Origin: an uncultured Gemmatimonadales bacterium
Lineage (GTDB): Bacteria > Gemmatimonadota > Gemmatimonadetes > Gemmatimonadales > Gemmatimonadaceae
NCBI GenBank assembly: GCA_963701965.1
Contig: OY969695.1
Coordinates: 3,552,001 to 3,616,000, forward strand
Reading direction: 5' to 3'
DNA: 64,000 nucleotides
Both the position numbers and the translations under genes were made by a program. Below, piece after piece: positions 19,552 to 28,156 of this stretch; position 1 is the stretch's first letter, and every line of letters begins with the position of its first letter. The notes beneath the pieces are model-generated. The model saw only the letters and a program-made list of their open reading frames with translations. It did no database searches and was not told where the DNA came from.

Positions 19552-19826
19552 CGCAGGAAGCGCTCGGCGAGTTGCTCCAGGCGATCATCGCCCTCGGCGC
19601 GCGCCCGCGCCAAAATGCGTTGGACGTGGGGAGCCAGCCGGGGCTCGCCCCAGTAATACCCGGTCGCCATCTCGGCCGACCCCGTCTCGCCATCCCGCGC
19701 CGCCTCGAGCAGCGCCTCGGCGGCCGCTTCATCGAAGCCCGGATCCTCGCGCGGTGGCAGCGCGAACCGCCGCGACGGGTCGCCCCAATGTCCGCCGGCG
19801 TCGTCGTCGACGAATGCCCGCGACAT
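19548..19826 (-). CDS. small hypothetical protein (MSRAFVxDD N-terminus)
   Basis: 92-aa ORF in a run of tightly packed minus-strand genes. Confidence 0.6.
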   Translation of the reverse strand: MSRAFVDDDAGGHWGDPSRRFALPPREDPGFDEAAAEALLEAARDGETGSAEMATGYYWGEPRLAPHVQRILARARAEGDDRLEQLAERFLR

Positions 19827-19831
19827 GCGCG

Positions 19832-20659
19832 CTACTGGCTCGCGGTGCGGACCGGCGGCAGGGGCTCGATTTCCGAGCGGATGACCTGCGTGCTCGCCGG
19901 CCCGTCGCCCGTCTCCGGGAACGACTCGACGATCCGGATGGTCTGCGTCGAACGGGAGCCCAGGAAGATGCCGGCGGCGTTCACGTACTGGACGCCCCGG
20001 ATAGTGCCGTCGCCCGTGACCTTGAGCGCGCGCCCGCCCTCCTGGCCTGCGCCATTCAACGCGACACTCCCCGCGCGCTCGATACGGAGGGCCCGTTGCC
20101 CGGCGTAGGTCGTGTCGCCCGTCACCCGCGCCAGGATCACCGTTTGCGTGCGGACGGAATCAAACGGTCCGCGCCGGCCCGCCTGCTCAATGGACGTATC
20201 GGCCCACGATGAGCCGATGCCGACCGGGGTGCGCAGCAGCGGCAGAAAGCGCCGAAATCCCGCGTACAACCCGCGCGTATTGGCGTCCACATCGGCGGGC
20301 GGCGCGAACGCATAAATGCGCCCGGTCGGCGAGACGGTCCCCACCATTTTCACGCCCTTCTCCCACGAGAGGTCCGGCCGCGGCGCATCGAGCGCCGACT
20401 CGATCCCGATCGAGTCGACCGTGACCGTGAGCGTCAGCGTATCCCGCGCCTTGGCCGCCAGGTTCACGGTGACCACCTGCGTTGCCGTATAGTCGAACTG
20501 AGCCGGCGCGCGGCCACCGTTCTGGTCCCGCTGATTGTTGTACGAGATCGAGATGCGATAGCGCTGAGTCCCGGCCGTGTAGGCGAATGGCTGAGTCTGA
20601 GCGAACGCCGGGACCGCAGTAAGGCAGAGGGCGAGAAGTGTCATGGCGCGACCGAACAT
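19832..20659 (-). CDS. secreted hypothetical protein, beta-rich
   Basis: Signal peptide ending AFA-Q; G-rich SD upstream. Confidence 0.7.
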   Translation of the reverse strand: MFGRAMTLLALCLTAVPAFAQTQPFAYTAGTQRYRISISYNNQRDQNGGRAPAQFDYTATQVVTVNLAAKARDTLTLTVTVDSIGIESALDAPRPDLSWEKGVKMVGTVSPTGRIYAFAPPADVDANTRGLYAGFRRFLPLLRTPVGIGSSWADTSIEQAGRRGPFDSVRTQTVILARVTGDTTYAGQRALRIERAGSVALNGAGQEGGRALKVTGDGTIRGVQYVNAAGIFLGSRSTQTIRIVESFPETGDGPASTQVIRSEIEPLPPVRTASQ

Positions 20660-20685
20660 CGTTCCCCCCGTAGTGGTGCCGTAAG

Positions 20686-21741
20686 CTAACGGCCCGCCGG
20701 CGGTGACGCGGTCATGATGCGCATCACCGGCTGGCCACCAATGTCCTGCAGTGGGAAATACAGGAGATGGGTGCGCGGGTCCACCGCCACCGAGTGCCCG
20801 GAGGGGAGCAGAAAGTCGCCCTCATGGACCAGATGCAGGCCGTCGCGTGCCATGATCTCCGTGAATGCCGACACCGTGCCCGACTCCGACGCGACGTACA
20901 CGCGGCCCCAGTCGGGATCGACCGCCAGGACATCGGGATCGGCGCCGATGGCGTAGGTCGCGATCACGCGACCGTTGTCGAGATCAAGCAGCGCCAGTCG
21001 CGCGTTCTTCTGGCCGGCCACGAACGCGACCCGCCGCGCGGCGTCGAGCGCGACCCCGTGCGGCGACACGATGCCCGGTACCGGCACGCGCGCGACGATC
21101 TTGTTGGTCTCCGGATCGATGACGGCAATGGCGTTCGAGTCGTGCACGGCCACCAAAATGCAGGCCGTTACCGGGTCGTAGATGGTGTTGCCGGCCTCGC
21201 CTCCCAGCGGGATGCGTTTGACGAGGGTGTCGGCGAACACGTCGAGGACGGCATCGGCGCGGCCATGCTCGTCGGACACGAACACGCGCCGCACGTTGGG
21301 TGCGTAGGCGATCCCATCCGGGTACTCGATGCCGCCTACGCGCGCCAGCACCGTCAGTCCCCGCGTGTCGACGACGACCACCTGCTGCCGCCCGGTCGCC
21401 GAAGCGTAGACCCGGTTGAGCTCGGGCACCGCCAGCACGCCATGCACGCTGGTGAACCCGTCGAGATTCGCCACGACCTGTCGGTTTTTCACATCGAACA
21501 CGAGCAGCGTGCCGGCGTCCATGTGCGCGACGTAGAGACGGTCGGCGGCCGTATCGAGGCTCGTATAGTCGAAGCGGACCGGCGCCCCCGGCAGCGGAAC
21601 ATCGACAATGGTGCGGAGCGCGAACGCGCCGCGGGTCGGGCCCGGCGGCGCCGGTGCCACGACCGGAGCCGATCGGTGACCCGGCGGCTCGCAGGTGGGA
21701 ATCAGCGGAAAGACGGCGAGCGCGATCGCGCCGAGTATCAC
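20686..21741 (-). CDS. YncE/YVTN-type beta-propeller protein
   Basis: GTG overlapping upstream TGA; RFDY..LD...RLYVAH, PDGIAY, PHGVALD, PDVLAVDP, HSVAVDP repeats. Confidence 0.8.
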   Translation of the reverse strand: MILGAIALAVFPLIPTCEPPGHRSAPVVAPAPPGPTRGAFALRTIVDVPLPGAPVRFDYTSLDTAADRLYVAHMDAGTLLVFDVKNRQVVANLDGFTSVHGVLAVPELNRVYASATGRQQVVVVDTRGLTVLARVGGIEYPDGIAYAPNVRRVFVSDEHGRADAVLDVFADTLVKRIPLGGEAGNTIYDPVTACILVAVHDSNAIAVIDPETNKIVARVPVPGIVSPHGVALDAARRVAFVAGQKNARLALLDLDNGRVIATYAIGADPDVLAVDPDWGRVYVASESGTVSAFTEIMARDGLHLVHEGDFLLPSGHSVAVDPRTHLLYFPLQDIGGQPVMRIMTASPPAGR

Positions 21742-22499
21742 GTGCGGTCGATCATGGCGCCGATGACCCCGCCCAGCAGGCCGCCCTTGGTCGCCGCCGC
21801 CGCCTCTCCTGCCACCGGCGGATGATAGTACATCGACTGGATGCCGACGCGGCCCGGACCCGTGAAGCGATTCCAGAAGATCTGACCGGCGCTCGCGAAC
21901 AATCCCGTCGAGAACCGCTGGAACTGCGTCTCCATGCGCACCGTGCGGTCCTTGTAGATCCAGCCGCCCGGCTCGATGTCGATCTGCTCCCCGGCCGCCA
22001 GCTCCACGGAGAACACGTTGCCGTACCCGTGCAGCCACACGATGCCGTCGGCCCCGTTGGCGGTGAACGTATCGATGAAGAACCCGCTCCCGCCGAACAG
22101 CATGTTGCTGACGCCTTTGACGCGCTCGAACGTGTAGTCCACGGCGCCCGTCGCGGCCAGGAACTGATGCTCGCGCACGTCGACGGATTGCCCGCGCGTC
22201 AAGTGCAGCGGCACGATCTGTCCCGCGCCGTCACGACTGAACGCGATATGTCCGGGTCCAGCGGCCTCGGTGAGAAAGATCGGTAGTCCCGCGATCATGC
22301 GGCTGAACGCCCCATCCAGCGCTTTGATGCCGACGGCGACTTGCGGATGCTTCCACAGCAGCACGTGGTGCTCGAAATACACGCGCATCTGCTCCAGCTC
22401 GAGGTGCAGCACGGGCACGAGCTCGCCCTCGAGATGGTACGTGACGCCGCCATAGCGCTCGTCGCGAACTTTGGTCGGGTGCAGCGTTGGGATGGCCAT
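21738..22499 (-). CDS. AIM24 family protein
   Basis: YHLEGELVPVL, GPGHIAFS, LFGGSGFF, VWLHGYGNVF, FTGPGRVGIQSM. Confidence 0.85.
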   Translation of the reverse strand: MAIPTLHPTKVRDERYGGVTYHLEGELVPVLHLELEQMRVYFEHHVLLWKHPQVAVGIKALDGAFSRMIAGLPIFLTEAAGPGHIAFSRDGAGQIVPLHLTRGQSVDVREHQFLAATGAVDYTFERVKGVSNMLFGGSGFFIDTFTANGADGIVWLHGYGNVFSVELAAGEQIDIEPGGWIYKDRTVRMETQFQRFSTGLFASAGQIFWNRFTGPGRVGIQSMYYHPPVAGEAAAATKGGLLGGVIGAMIDRT

Positions 22500-23350
22500 C
22501 AGTCCCCCATCCGCCAACGCGCCATCAACGCCGCGTACAGGCGTCCGGCGATCGGGCCCGGACGGCCGTGACCCACGGGACGGCCGTCGATGGAGACGAC
22601 CGGCATGACGTCGTTCGTCGTGCCCGTCAGGAAGCATTCGCTGAGATGCGGAAGGTCGTCGACGAAGAGCGGTGTCTCTTGGACCGGCACGTCGATCTCG
22701 GCGGCGACCTCCAACACGACCTCCCGCGTGACGCCCGGCAGGATGTAGTTCGACGTCGGATGCGTGTGCACGACGCCGTCGATCACGCCGAAGACGTTCG
22801 TGGCCGCGCCCTCGGTGACGGTGCCGTCGCGCAGCTGGATCGCTTCCCATGCCCCCGCGGCGATGGCTTTTTGCTTCGCCATGACGTTCGGCAGCAGGTT
22901 CACGGTCTTGAGATCGCACCGCGCCCACCGGAGGTCGGGCACCGTGATGGTCCCGACTCCCGTGCCCCGTTGGGCATGCGGGACGACGAATGCCGCGGCA
23001 TTCGCGTACACGGTCACCGGTGTGCCGGCGGGCGGATACTGATGCGTGCGCGGCGAAGCCGCGCCGCGGGTGATCTGCCAGTAGACGAGTGCGTCCCCAC
23101 GCGTAAGCCCGTTGTCGCGCAGGAGTTTCTGCGAGATCGTGGGGAGATCATCGGGCGAGAAGTCCAGGGCGAGCCCGGCGATGCCGCGCCGCAGCCGGCG
23201 CACGTGGCGCTCGAGCTCGAGCAGCACGCCGTCCCGCGCCCGCGTGACTTCGTAGACCCCGTCGCCGAACAAAAAGCCGCGATCGTCCACCGGGACGACC
23301 GCATCACGCCGGTCGACGTAGCGACCGTTGAGATACGCGAGAGCAGTCAT
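22499..23350 (-). CDS. dat: D-amino-acid aminotransferase (PLP class IV)
   Basis: DRGFLFGDGVYEV, YWQITRG, RWARCDLKTVNLLPN, TEGAATN, ILPGVTR. Confidence 0.85.
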   Translation of the reverse strand: MTALAYLNGRYVDRRDAVVPVDDRGFLFGDGVYEVTRARDGVLLELERHVRRLRRGIAGLALDFSPDDLPTISQKLLRDNGLTRGDALVYWQITRGAASPRTHQYPPAGTPVTVYANAAAFVVPHAQRGTGVGTITVPDLRWARCDLKTVNLLPNVMAKQKAIAAGAWEAIQLRDGTVTEGAATNVFGVIDGVVHTHPTSNYILPGVTREVVLEVAAEIDVPVQETPLFVDDLPHLSECFLTGTTNDVMPVVSIDGRPVGHGRPGPIAGRLYAALMARWRMGD

Positions 23351-23353
23351 GAT

Positions 23354-25879
23354 TCAAGTAGGATCCGCGGGTTGCAACAGCAGTTCGAAGGGCGCATATC
23401 CGTGAAGGGGATCGAATGCCTGATCCGTATGCAATGTTAGATCATAGGGCCGCCCTTCGCCAAACGACACGCGCAGGAACTGGACGGCCTGATCGCGCTG
23501 GCCAAGTTGCGCCGCGATCCGGGCCCGCTGGTAGGTGTTGCCACCGAACCGATAGGGGCGGTCCATGGCCGCCAACGCCGAGTCGCGCCGGGCCGCCTCG
23601 GCGCGGTCGCCGCGCCGCGCGGCCGACACCCCGAGCGCGCCGAGCGCCTCAATGTCGCTCGAAGGATCGGCGGCGAGCGCGAGCCAGATCGAGTCGGCGG
23701 CGGCCGGATGTCCCGACGCGTCCAGTGCCTCGGCGAGCCCGCTCCGCTCCAGCGGCCGCGCGCGTTCGGCCGCGGGTCGCGCCTCGTACCACCCGACCGC
23801 GCGCGTGGCGAATCCGCCGGCGACGGCGCCGTGCCCGTGGGCCCGGAGTTCCTCATACGCCAGCAGCATGAGCCGCCCGGCGTTCATCGTATCGCTCGGC
23901 GCCAACGGCGCACTCTCCTCGACCCGCGCCGTCAACTCATCGACCCGACCCAACGCCGCCAGCGCCCGGACCTCGGCCGAGAGGACGCGCCACGCGGTCG
24001 GGAACCGCGCGCGCCCCTCGCGCACGACCGCCAACTCGGCGCAATGGTCGCCCAGCAGGTGGTACGCCGCCGCCGGAAACTGCCAGTAGCCGTCCCACCC
24101 CTTCATCCAGCCCCGGTCGACGTCGACCTGCCGAAACGCGGCCAAGGCCGCGTGGGGGTGATCGAGCGCCAGCTCGAAATAGCCCACATCCAAGAGACCC
24201 TCACCCCCCGGCGCCGCCTCCACCATCTGATGCGCCGTGCGGACCGCCGCCGGCCAATCGCCGTGAATCTGGGCGATGGAGTTGTCCAGAAACCACCGAT
24301 CGAACGGCGCCAGACGCGCGCGCGACGCCCCCAGCCGGCCAATCAGCGAGTCGGCGCCGGCATACTCGTGCATCGTGAGATACGCGTCGACCGCCCACAG
24401 CAGCGGCTGCACGTAGGTCGTGTCCAGCGCCGTCGCCCGCAGATAGTGGGCGATCGCCTCGCGTTTTTCTCCACGGCCGTGCAGGTCGAGGCCGGTCACG
24501 AACTCCTGATAGGCCGCGTACGTGGGTGGGGACGTCGCCCGCTGTATCCAGTCGCTCAGGCGCGGATTGTAGAGGAGCGCCAGCGCGCCGGTCACGTGCT
24601 CGCGGAGTCGGTCGACCGCGATCAGCGGCGCCCGCACCGGACCGCTGACCGGATCCACCCCGCGCAGCACCCGGCCCGCCCGGGCGTCGGAGATCTGCGC
24701 CTGGAACCGCAGGGAGTCCCCGTCGCGATAGTACGATCCCCAGACGACCGTGCCCGCTCCCGTCTGCTCGGCCAACGCGCGGACCGTGCGGGGCGTCGAT
24801 GCGCCGCCCGTCAGCATCGCCGTCCGCGCGTCCACGACGTCGACGAGGCCGGTCTCGGCGAGGCGCTGCGTCACCCAGTCCGCCGCCATTCGACCCACGG
24901 GGTTGAGCGCGGTATCGCCCGTGTTGTTCTCGAATGGCGCGACGAGCACACGATTGGCGACGAGCACAGGCTGCCGCGATTGTCGCCAGGCCACCGCCAG
25001 GATCACTCCCACACCGACCACGGTGAGCGCCGCGATGAGCCCCCATCCGATGTGACGCCGCGGCGGTTTCGCCGCCGCCGGCACACTGGCGCTGACCCGA
25101 TCGCTCGCGCGGCCGCTGGATCGCGGTGCTGGCGTCAGGCGCTTGGGTGGGGCCAGCACCTCGGCGGGAGCCTCGCGCAGCTGGGTGGCGAAGGCCGTGA
25201 TCGAGGAGTCCGGCGGGACGTCGAGCTCCTGGCGGAGCAGCGTCTCGTACACCCGCGCGTGCTGCAGGGCTGCGGACCGGTCGCCCGAAGCGGCGAGCGA
25301 CCGCATGAGGTCGAGCGCCACGCCCGCGTCGAGGGGATCGACCGAGGCCAATCGCCGGAACCACCCGGCCTCGGCGCGACGGTCGCCGCGATCCTTGGCC
25401 TCAGACGCCAGCATCCGCAGCGACCGGCGGTACCGCTCGGCGAGATGGGTGCGCTCTTCCTCGGCCCAGCGCTCGAACTCCGGCGCGTCGCTCAGATAGA
25501 ACCCGTCGAGAAACGGCCCCCGGTAGATGGCGACAGCGCGCTCGTACTCCTGTCGCCCGATCGCGGCATGGAACTCGGCGAGATCCGTCGTGATGGCGTC
25601 CGGATTCAGGCGGAGGTCGGTCGTGCCGAGCACCAGATCGTCGCGTCCCAAATCCCGGCGCAGGGTGTAGACCGTCTGCGCCAACACGCGCCGCGCCTTC
25701 TCCTCGTCGCTGTCGGCCCACAGCTGTTGGATCAGCTTGGCGCGCGGGACCGCGCGCTCCCCCGCCCCCGCCAGCATGGCGAGCAGGGCCAAGGGACGCC
25801 GTTGCGCGGCAGCGCCGCCCAGACCCTCGGACGCCTCACGATCAATCGACAGGCCGCCAAACGTGCGAAGCCGTAGCAT
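23354..25879 (-). CDS. SARP/BTAD transcriptional-activator domain + TM helix + TolB-N-like + TPR protein
   Basis: LRLRTFGGL..QRRPLALLA..LRRDLG..YRGPFLDGF..FERW; TM IGWGLIAALTVVGVGVILAVAW; VLVAPFEN; TPR C-terminus. Confidence 0.85.
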   Translation of the reverse strand: MLRLRTFGGLSIDREASEGLGGAAAQRRPLALLAMLAGAGERAVPRAKLIQQLWADSDEEKARRVLAQTVYTLRRDLGRDDLVLGTTDLRLNPDAITTDLAEFHAAIGRQEYERAVAIYRGPFLDGFYLSDAPEFERWAEEERTHLAERYRRSLRMLASEAKDRGDRRAEAGWFRRLASVDPLDAGVALDLMRSLAASGDRSAALQHARVYETLLRQELDVPPDSSITAFATQLREAPAEVLAPPKRLTPAPRSSGRASDRVSASVPAAAKPPRRHIGWGLIAALTVVGVGVILAVAWRQSRQPVLVANRVLVAPFENNTGDTALNPVGRMAADWVTQRLAETGLVDVVDARTAMLTGGASTPRTVRALAEQTGAGTVVWGSYYRDGDSLRFQAQISDARAGRVLRGVDPVSGPVRAPLIAVDRLREHVTGALALLYNPRLSDWIQRATSPPTYAAYQEFVTGLDLHGRGEKREAIAHYLRATALDTTYVQPLLWAVDAYLTMHEYAGADSLIGRLGASRARLAPFDRWFLDNSIAQIHGDWPAAVRTAHQMVEAAPGGEGLLDVGYFELALDHPHAALAAFRQVDVDRGWMKGWDGYWQFPAAAYHLLGDHCAELAVVREGRARFPTAWRVLSAEVRALAALGRVDELTARVEESAPLAPSDTMNAGRLMLLAYEELRAHGHGAVAGGFATRAVGWYEARPAAERARPLERSGLAEALDASGHPAAADSIWLALAADPSSDIEALGALGVSAARRGDRAEAARRDSALAAMDRPYRFGGNTYQRARIAAQLGQRDQAVQFLRVSFGEGRPYDLTLHTDQAFDPLHGYAPFELLLQPADPT

Positions 25880-25882
25880 GGC

Positions 25883-25912
25883 TTGACAAGTTACAACGCA
25901 GCGGCCTACTCT
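25883..25912 (+). promoter_or_regulatory. sigma70-type promoter for the Cys leader / sulfurtransferase operon
   Basis: TTGACA (25883-25888), 18-nt spacer, TACTCT (25907-25912), 5 nt before leader ATG. Confidence 0.7.
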
Positions 25913-25917
25913 CCGAC

Positions 25918-26001
25918 ATGCATTGCGCTGTCACCATGCTGTGTTGTGCCCGTTGCGCCGCCGCCGTCAGGCGGTCGGGCGTGCTGGCGCGCAACGTGTG
26001 A
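25918..26001 (+). CDS. putative cysteine-rich attenuator leader peptide MHCAVTMLCCARCAAAVRRSGVLARNV (27 aa)
   Basis: 4 Cys codons in first 13 codons including tandem TGT TGT; directly after a promoter, upstream of a terminator and a sulfur-metabolism gene. Confidence 0.75.
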   Translation: MHCAVTMLCCARCAAAVRRSGVLARNV

Positions 26002-26030
26002 CGGACTGACACGATCCGCGATGGACCCCC

Positions 26031-26061
26031 GGCCGCTCTCAAACGAGCGGCCCTTTTTTTT
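26031..26061 (+). terminator. intrinsic terminator (attenuator) upstream of the sulfurtransferase
   Basis: GGCCGCTC-tcaaac-GAGCGGCC stem, C, then T8 (26054-26061); ends 17 nt before ATG 26079. Confidence 0.85.
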
Positions 26062-26078
26062 CACTGGAGCCTGCCGTC

Positions 26079-26975
26079 ATGTCGAGTACACTCACCGCTG
26101 AACCGGATGTCGCCAAGAAGGGGTATGTGCATCCCGAGGTGCTGGTCACGACCGCGTGGCTGGCCGAGCACCTGAACGATCCCAAGCTCCGCGTGCTGGA
26201 GAGCGACGAGGATGTCCTGCTCTATGACACCGGCCATATCCCGGGCGCACAGAAGATCGACTGGCACCACGACCTGAACGATCAGGTCGTCCGCGACTAT
26301 ATCTCGTCCGCGCAGTTCGAGGCGCTGCTCCGCCGCCTCGGCATCGACGAGACGACACCGGTCGTCTACTACGGCGACAAGAACAACTGGTGGGCGACGT
26401 ACGCGTTCTGGGTCTTCAAGCTCTTTGGCTTCGAGAATGTCCGCGTGCTCGATGGCGGACGGGCCAAGTGGGAAGCCGAAGGACGGCCGATGGTGACCGA
26501 CAAGAAGGCCTTTCCGCCGACGTCGTACAAGGCGCCCCAACGCTCCGACGGCAAGATTCGGGCGTTCATCGACGATGTGAAGAAGCACCTCGCGGCCCAT
26601 GGGAAGCTCGTGGACGTGCGCTCGCCGCAGGAGTACACGGGCGAGAAGATCCACATGCCCGACTACCCGCAAGAGGGCACGCTGCGCGGCGGGCACATCC
26701 CGACGGCCAAGAGCGTCCCCTGGGCGCGGGCGGCCAACGCCGACGGCACGTTCAAGTCCGCCGACGATCTACGCGCGATCTACGAAAAGGAGCAGGGCCT
26801 CGCCAAGACCGATGACGTCATCGCCTACTGCCGCATTGGCGAGCGGTCGTCGCACACGTGGTTCGTCCTCACCTACCTGCTCGGCTACGACCGCGTGCGC
26901 AACTACGACGGCAGCTGGACGGAGTGGGGGAACGCGGTGCGGGCGCCCATCGAGAAAGGCACCGGCACGCCGTGA
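26079..26975 (+). CDS. sseA: two-domain rhodanese/sulfurtransferase (SseA/CysA-like)
   Basis: [30 protein letters not shown], active-site [19 protein letters not shown]. Confidence 0.93.
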   Translation: MSSTLTAEPDVAKKGYVHPEVLVTTAWLAEHLNDPKLRVLESDEDVLLYDTGHIPGAQKIDWHHDLNDQVVRDYISSAQFEALLRRLGIDETTPVVYYGDKNNWWATYAFWVFKLFGFENVRVLDGGRAKWEAEGRPMVTDKKAFPPTSYKAPQRSDGKIRAFIDDVKKHLAAHGKLVDVRSPQEYTGEKIHMPDYPQEGTLRGGHIPTAKSVPWARAANADGTFKSADDLRAIYEKEQGLAKTDDVIAYCRIGERSSHTWFVLTYLLGYDRVRNYDGSWTEWGNAVRAPIEKGTGTP

Positions 26976-28156
26976 ACGTGCACGTCGCGCCCCGGGCCGC
27001 CGAGCTCGGAGTCGAAGGCGCATTCGCCGTGTACGCGGCCGGTCGTCAGTTGGAAGCCGAGGGGCGCGACGTCATCCATCTGGAGATCGGCGAACCGGAT
27101 TTTCCGACGCCGCCCCACATCGTGGAGGCCGGCATCCGCGCGATGCGGGACGGCCACACGGGCTACACGGAATCCGCCGGCATCCCCGCGCTCCGTATGC
27201 GGATCGCCGAGGCGATGGCGCCGCGTGGCGTTCCCGCCGGTCCGGAGAACGTCGTCGTGACACCGGGCACGAAGCAGCTGGTGTTCCTGGCCCTGCAGGC
27301 CCTGCTCGAGCCCGGCGACGAAGTGCTCGTGCCCGACCCCGCGTATCCGGCGTACTTCGAATCGACCCGGTTCGCCGGCGGTCGCCCCCTACGCTATAGC
27401 GTGCACGCAGAGCGGTCGGATGGCGTCGATCTGGCCGAAATCGCGGGGCGCATCACGCCCCGGACGCGCGCGCTGGTGATCAGTTCGCCGCACAACCCGA
27501 CGGGGCACTCCCTGCCGTTACCCGTGCTCGAGGCGCTGGCCGAATTGGCGGTGCGGCACGATCTCGTCGTGCTCACCGACGAGATCTATCACCAACTGAC
27601 GTTCGCCGCCGCTCCCGCGCCGTCGATCGCCGCGTTTCCGGGGATGGCGGAGCGGACGATCGTCGTGGACGGCTTCTCCAAAGCGTACGCCATGACCGGT
27701 TGGCGTCTGGGCTATGGCGTGATGCCCGAGGCCTTGGCGCGCACAGTGACGAAGCTCCTCAACAACAGCAATGCCTGCGTCACGACGTTCGTGCAGCACG
27801 CCGGCATCGCCGCGCTCACCGGCCCGCAGGACGCCGTGTGGGCCATGCGCGACGAGTATCGGGCGCGGCGGGATCTGGTGGTCGACGCGCTCAATGCGAT
27901 CGATGGCGTGACGTGCGCGCGGCCGGGCGGGGCGTTCTACGCGTTCCCGCGCGTCCCCGGCGACGCCGACGCGCTGGCCCGCCGGCTCCTCCACGAGCAC
28001 GGGGTCGGCGCACTGAGCGGGACCGCGTTCGGCCCGGGAGGGCTGGGGTCTCTGCGATTCTCGTTCGTCCGTTCGCGCGCGCAGCTGACGGAGGCCATGC
28101 GGCGGTTCACACTCGCCGTGCAATCATCCGCATCCCGTGACGCGGTCGTAGCGTGA
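26972..28156 (+). CDS. PLP-dependent class I aminotransferase (aspartate aminotransferase-like)
   Basis: GTGA overlap; [45 protein letters not shown]. Confidence 0.9.
   Translation: MNVHVAPRAAELGVEGAFAVYAAGRQLEAEGRDVIHLEIGEPDFPTPPHIVEAGIRAMRDGHTGYTESAGIPALRMRIAEAMAPRGVPAGPENVVVTPGTKQLVFLALQALLEPGDEVLVPDPAYPAYFESTRFAGGRPLRYSVHAERSDGVDLAEIAGRITPRTRALVISSPHNPTGHSLPLPVLEALAELAVRHDLVVLTDEIYHQLTFAAAPAPSIAAFPGMAERTIVVDGFSKAYAMTGWRLGYGVMPEALARTVTKLLNNSNACVTTFVQHAGIAALTGPQDAVWAMRDEYRARRDLVVDALNAIDGVTCARPGGAFYAFPRVPGDADALARRLLHEHGVGALSGTAFGPGGLGSLRFSFVRSRAQLTEAMRRFTLAVQSSASRDAVVA

Noticed and set aside
25883..26101. 72-aa ORF (TTG start, LSPCCVVP) and minus-strand ORF 25842-26042 in the leader region
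   Set aside because: The TTG is the -35 hexamer and the ORF runs through the terminator; the 27-aa ATG 25918 frame fits promoter and attenuator geometry better.
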